Of a stretch of DNA of 64,000 bases, positions 63,472 to 64,000 are shown in pieces. The DNA is from Eledone cirrhosa (taxonomy: Eukaryota): positions 253,022,001-253,086,000 of the forward strand of contig OZ024742.1 of assembly GCA_964016885.1 (NCBI GenBank), read 5' to 3'. Position 1 is the stretch's first letter; every line of letters starts with the position of its first letter. The notes beneath the pieces are model-generated. The model saw nothing but the letters and a program-made list of their open reading frames with translations, was not told the origin of the DNA and did not search any database. The position numbers and the translations under genes are program-made.

Positions 63472-63622
63472 CACTATTTAACGATCGTTTCTAGGGTATA
63501 TATGTGTTATAATTGGTATGCATATTCAACAGATCTATGTACAAAATTATACAAAATTATACAAATTATCAAGATTAAATATACATACCTAACACATATA
63601 TACGCCGTCTTCAGAAATAATG
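63472..63622 (-). ncRNA. Type-I hammerhead-like motif with ~120 nt stem II
   Basis: cattattt-CTGAAGA-cggc gtatatatgtgtta...taacacatatatac ccta-GAAA-C(GATC)G-TT-aaatagtg. Confidence 0.65.
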
Positions 63623-64000
63623 AAGTATATTTATTGATAATAACAACAATTCAAAATATCAGTTCAAAATTGACCAATGAAAACACAAAGGGTTAAAAGC
63701 AGTTTGGTGTGTGTATATACATGTAAAATCCTTACACATATTTTACAATAATGTGTGTATAATTTGTATGCGCATACTAAAAAGATGGATGCAAACACAA
63801 AATTTCAAGGTTAATATCTCTGTAAGCTTAATGCGCTGATAAGATGCGCATTGATACTTATGGAGTCAAGCATATAAATATATTTTTTCATACTCACACA
63901 TATCAGTATAATCACACATACATGCGCGTATATGCATAAATATACACATAACCACGAACATACAAACACACACACTATGTATATATATATGTATACGTGT

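Overview
Eukaryotic, AT-rich, repeat-dominated genomic DNA, most likely from a coleoid cephalopod (Octopus-like; inferred from the SINE/RTE repertoire and TA/CA microsatellite load). The only securely identifiable host gene is the 3' end of the mitochondrial RNA helicase SUV3 (SUPV3L1; three GT-AG exons at 3591-3770, 4719-4867 and 6508-6988, + strand). The rest is a mosaic of: (i) at least 8 copies or fragments of one young RTE-clade LINE with (GAT)n tails and a PHD finger inserted inside its reverse transcriptase; (ii) further RTE lineages (a BovB-like one at 34.5-38.6 kb, another at 50.1-53.3 kb); (iii) Penelope-like element (PLE) remnants with RT/GIY-YIG and inverted or tandem pseudo-LTRs; (iv) two deleted mariners, one hAT-type and one piggyBac-type MITE, tRNA-derived SINEs and very long (TA)n arrays. 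The most notable signal outside the ORF track is about 19 minimal type-I hammerhead-ribozyme-like motifs, read by eye and of several architectures. They include a U3-A8 core variant with covarying stems, forms with 40-125 nt stem II insertions closed by a mismatch, and three copies in a non-coding ~2.1 kb tandem/inverted retrozyme-like unit. A candidate HDV-like ribozyme sits at the 5' end of the BovB-like RTE. All RNA folds were assigned manually and are untested; many repeat boundaries are approximate.
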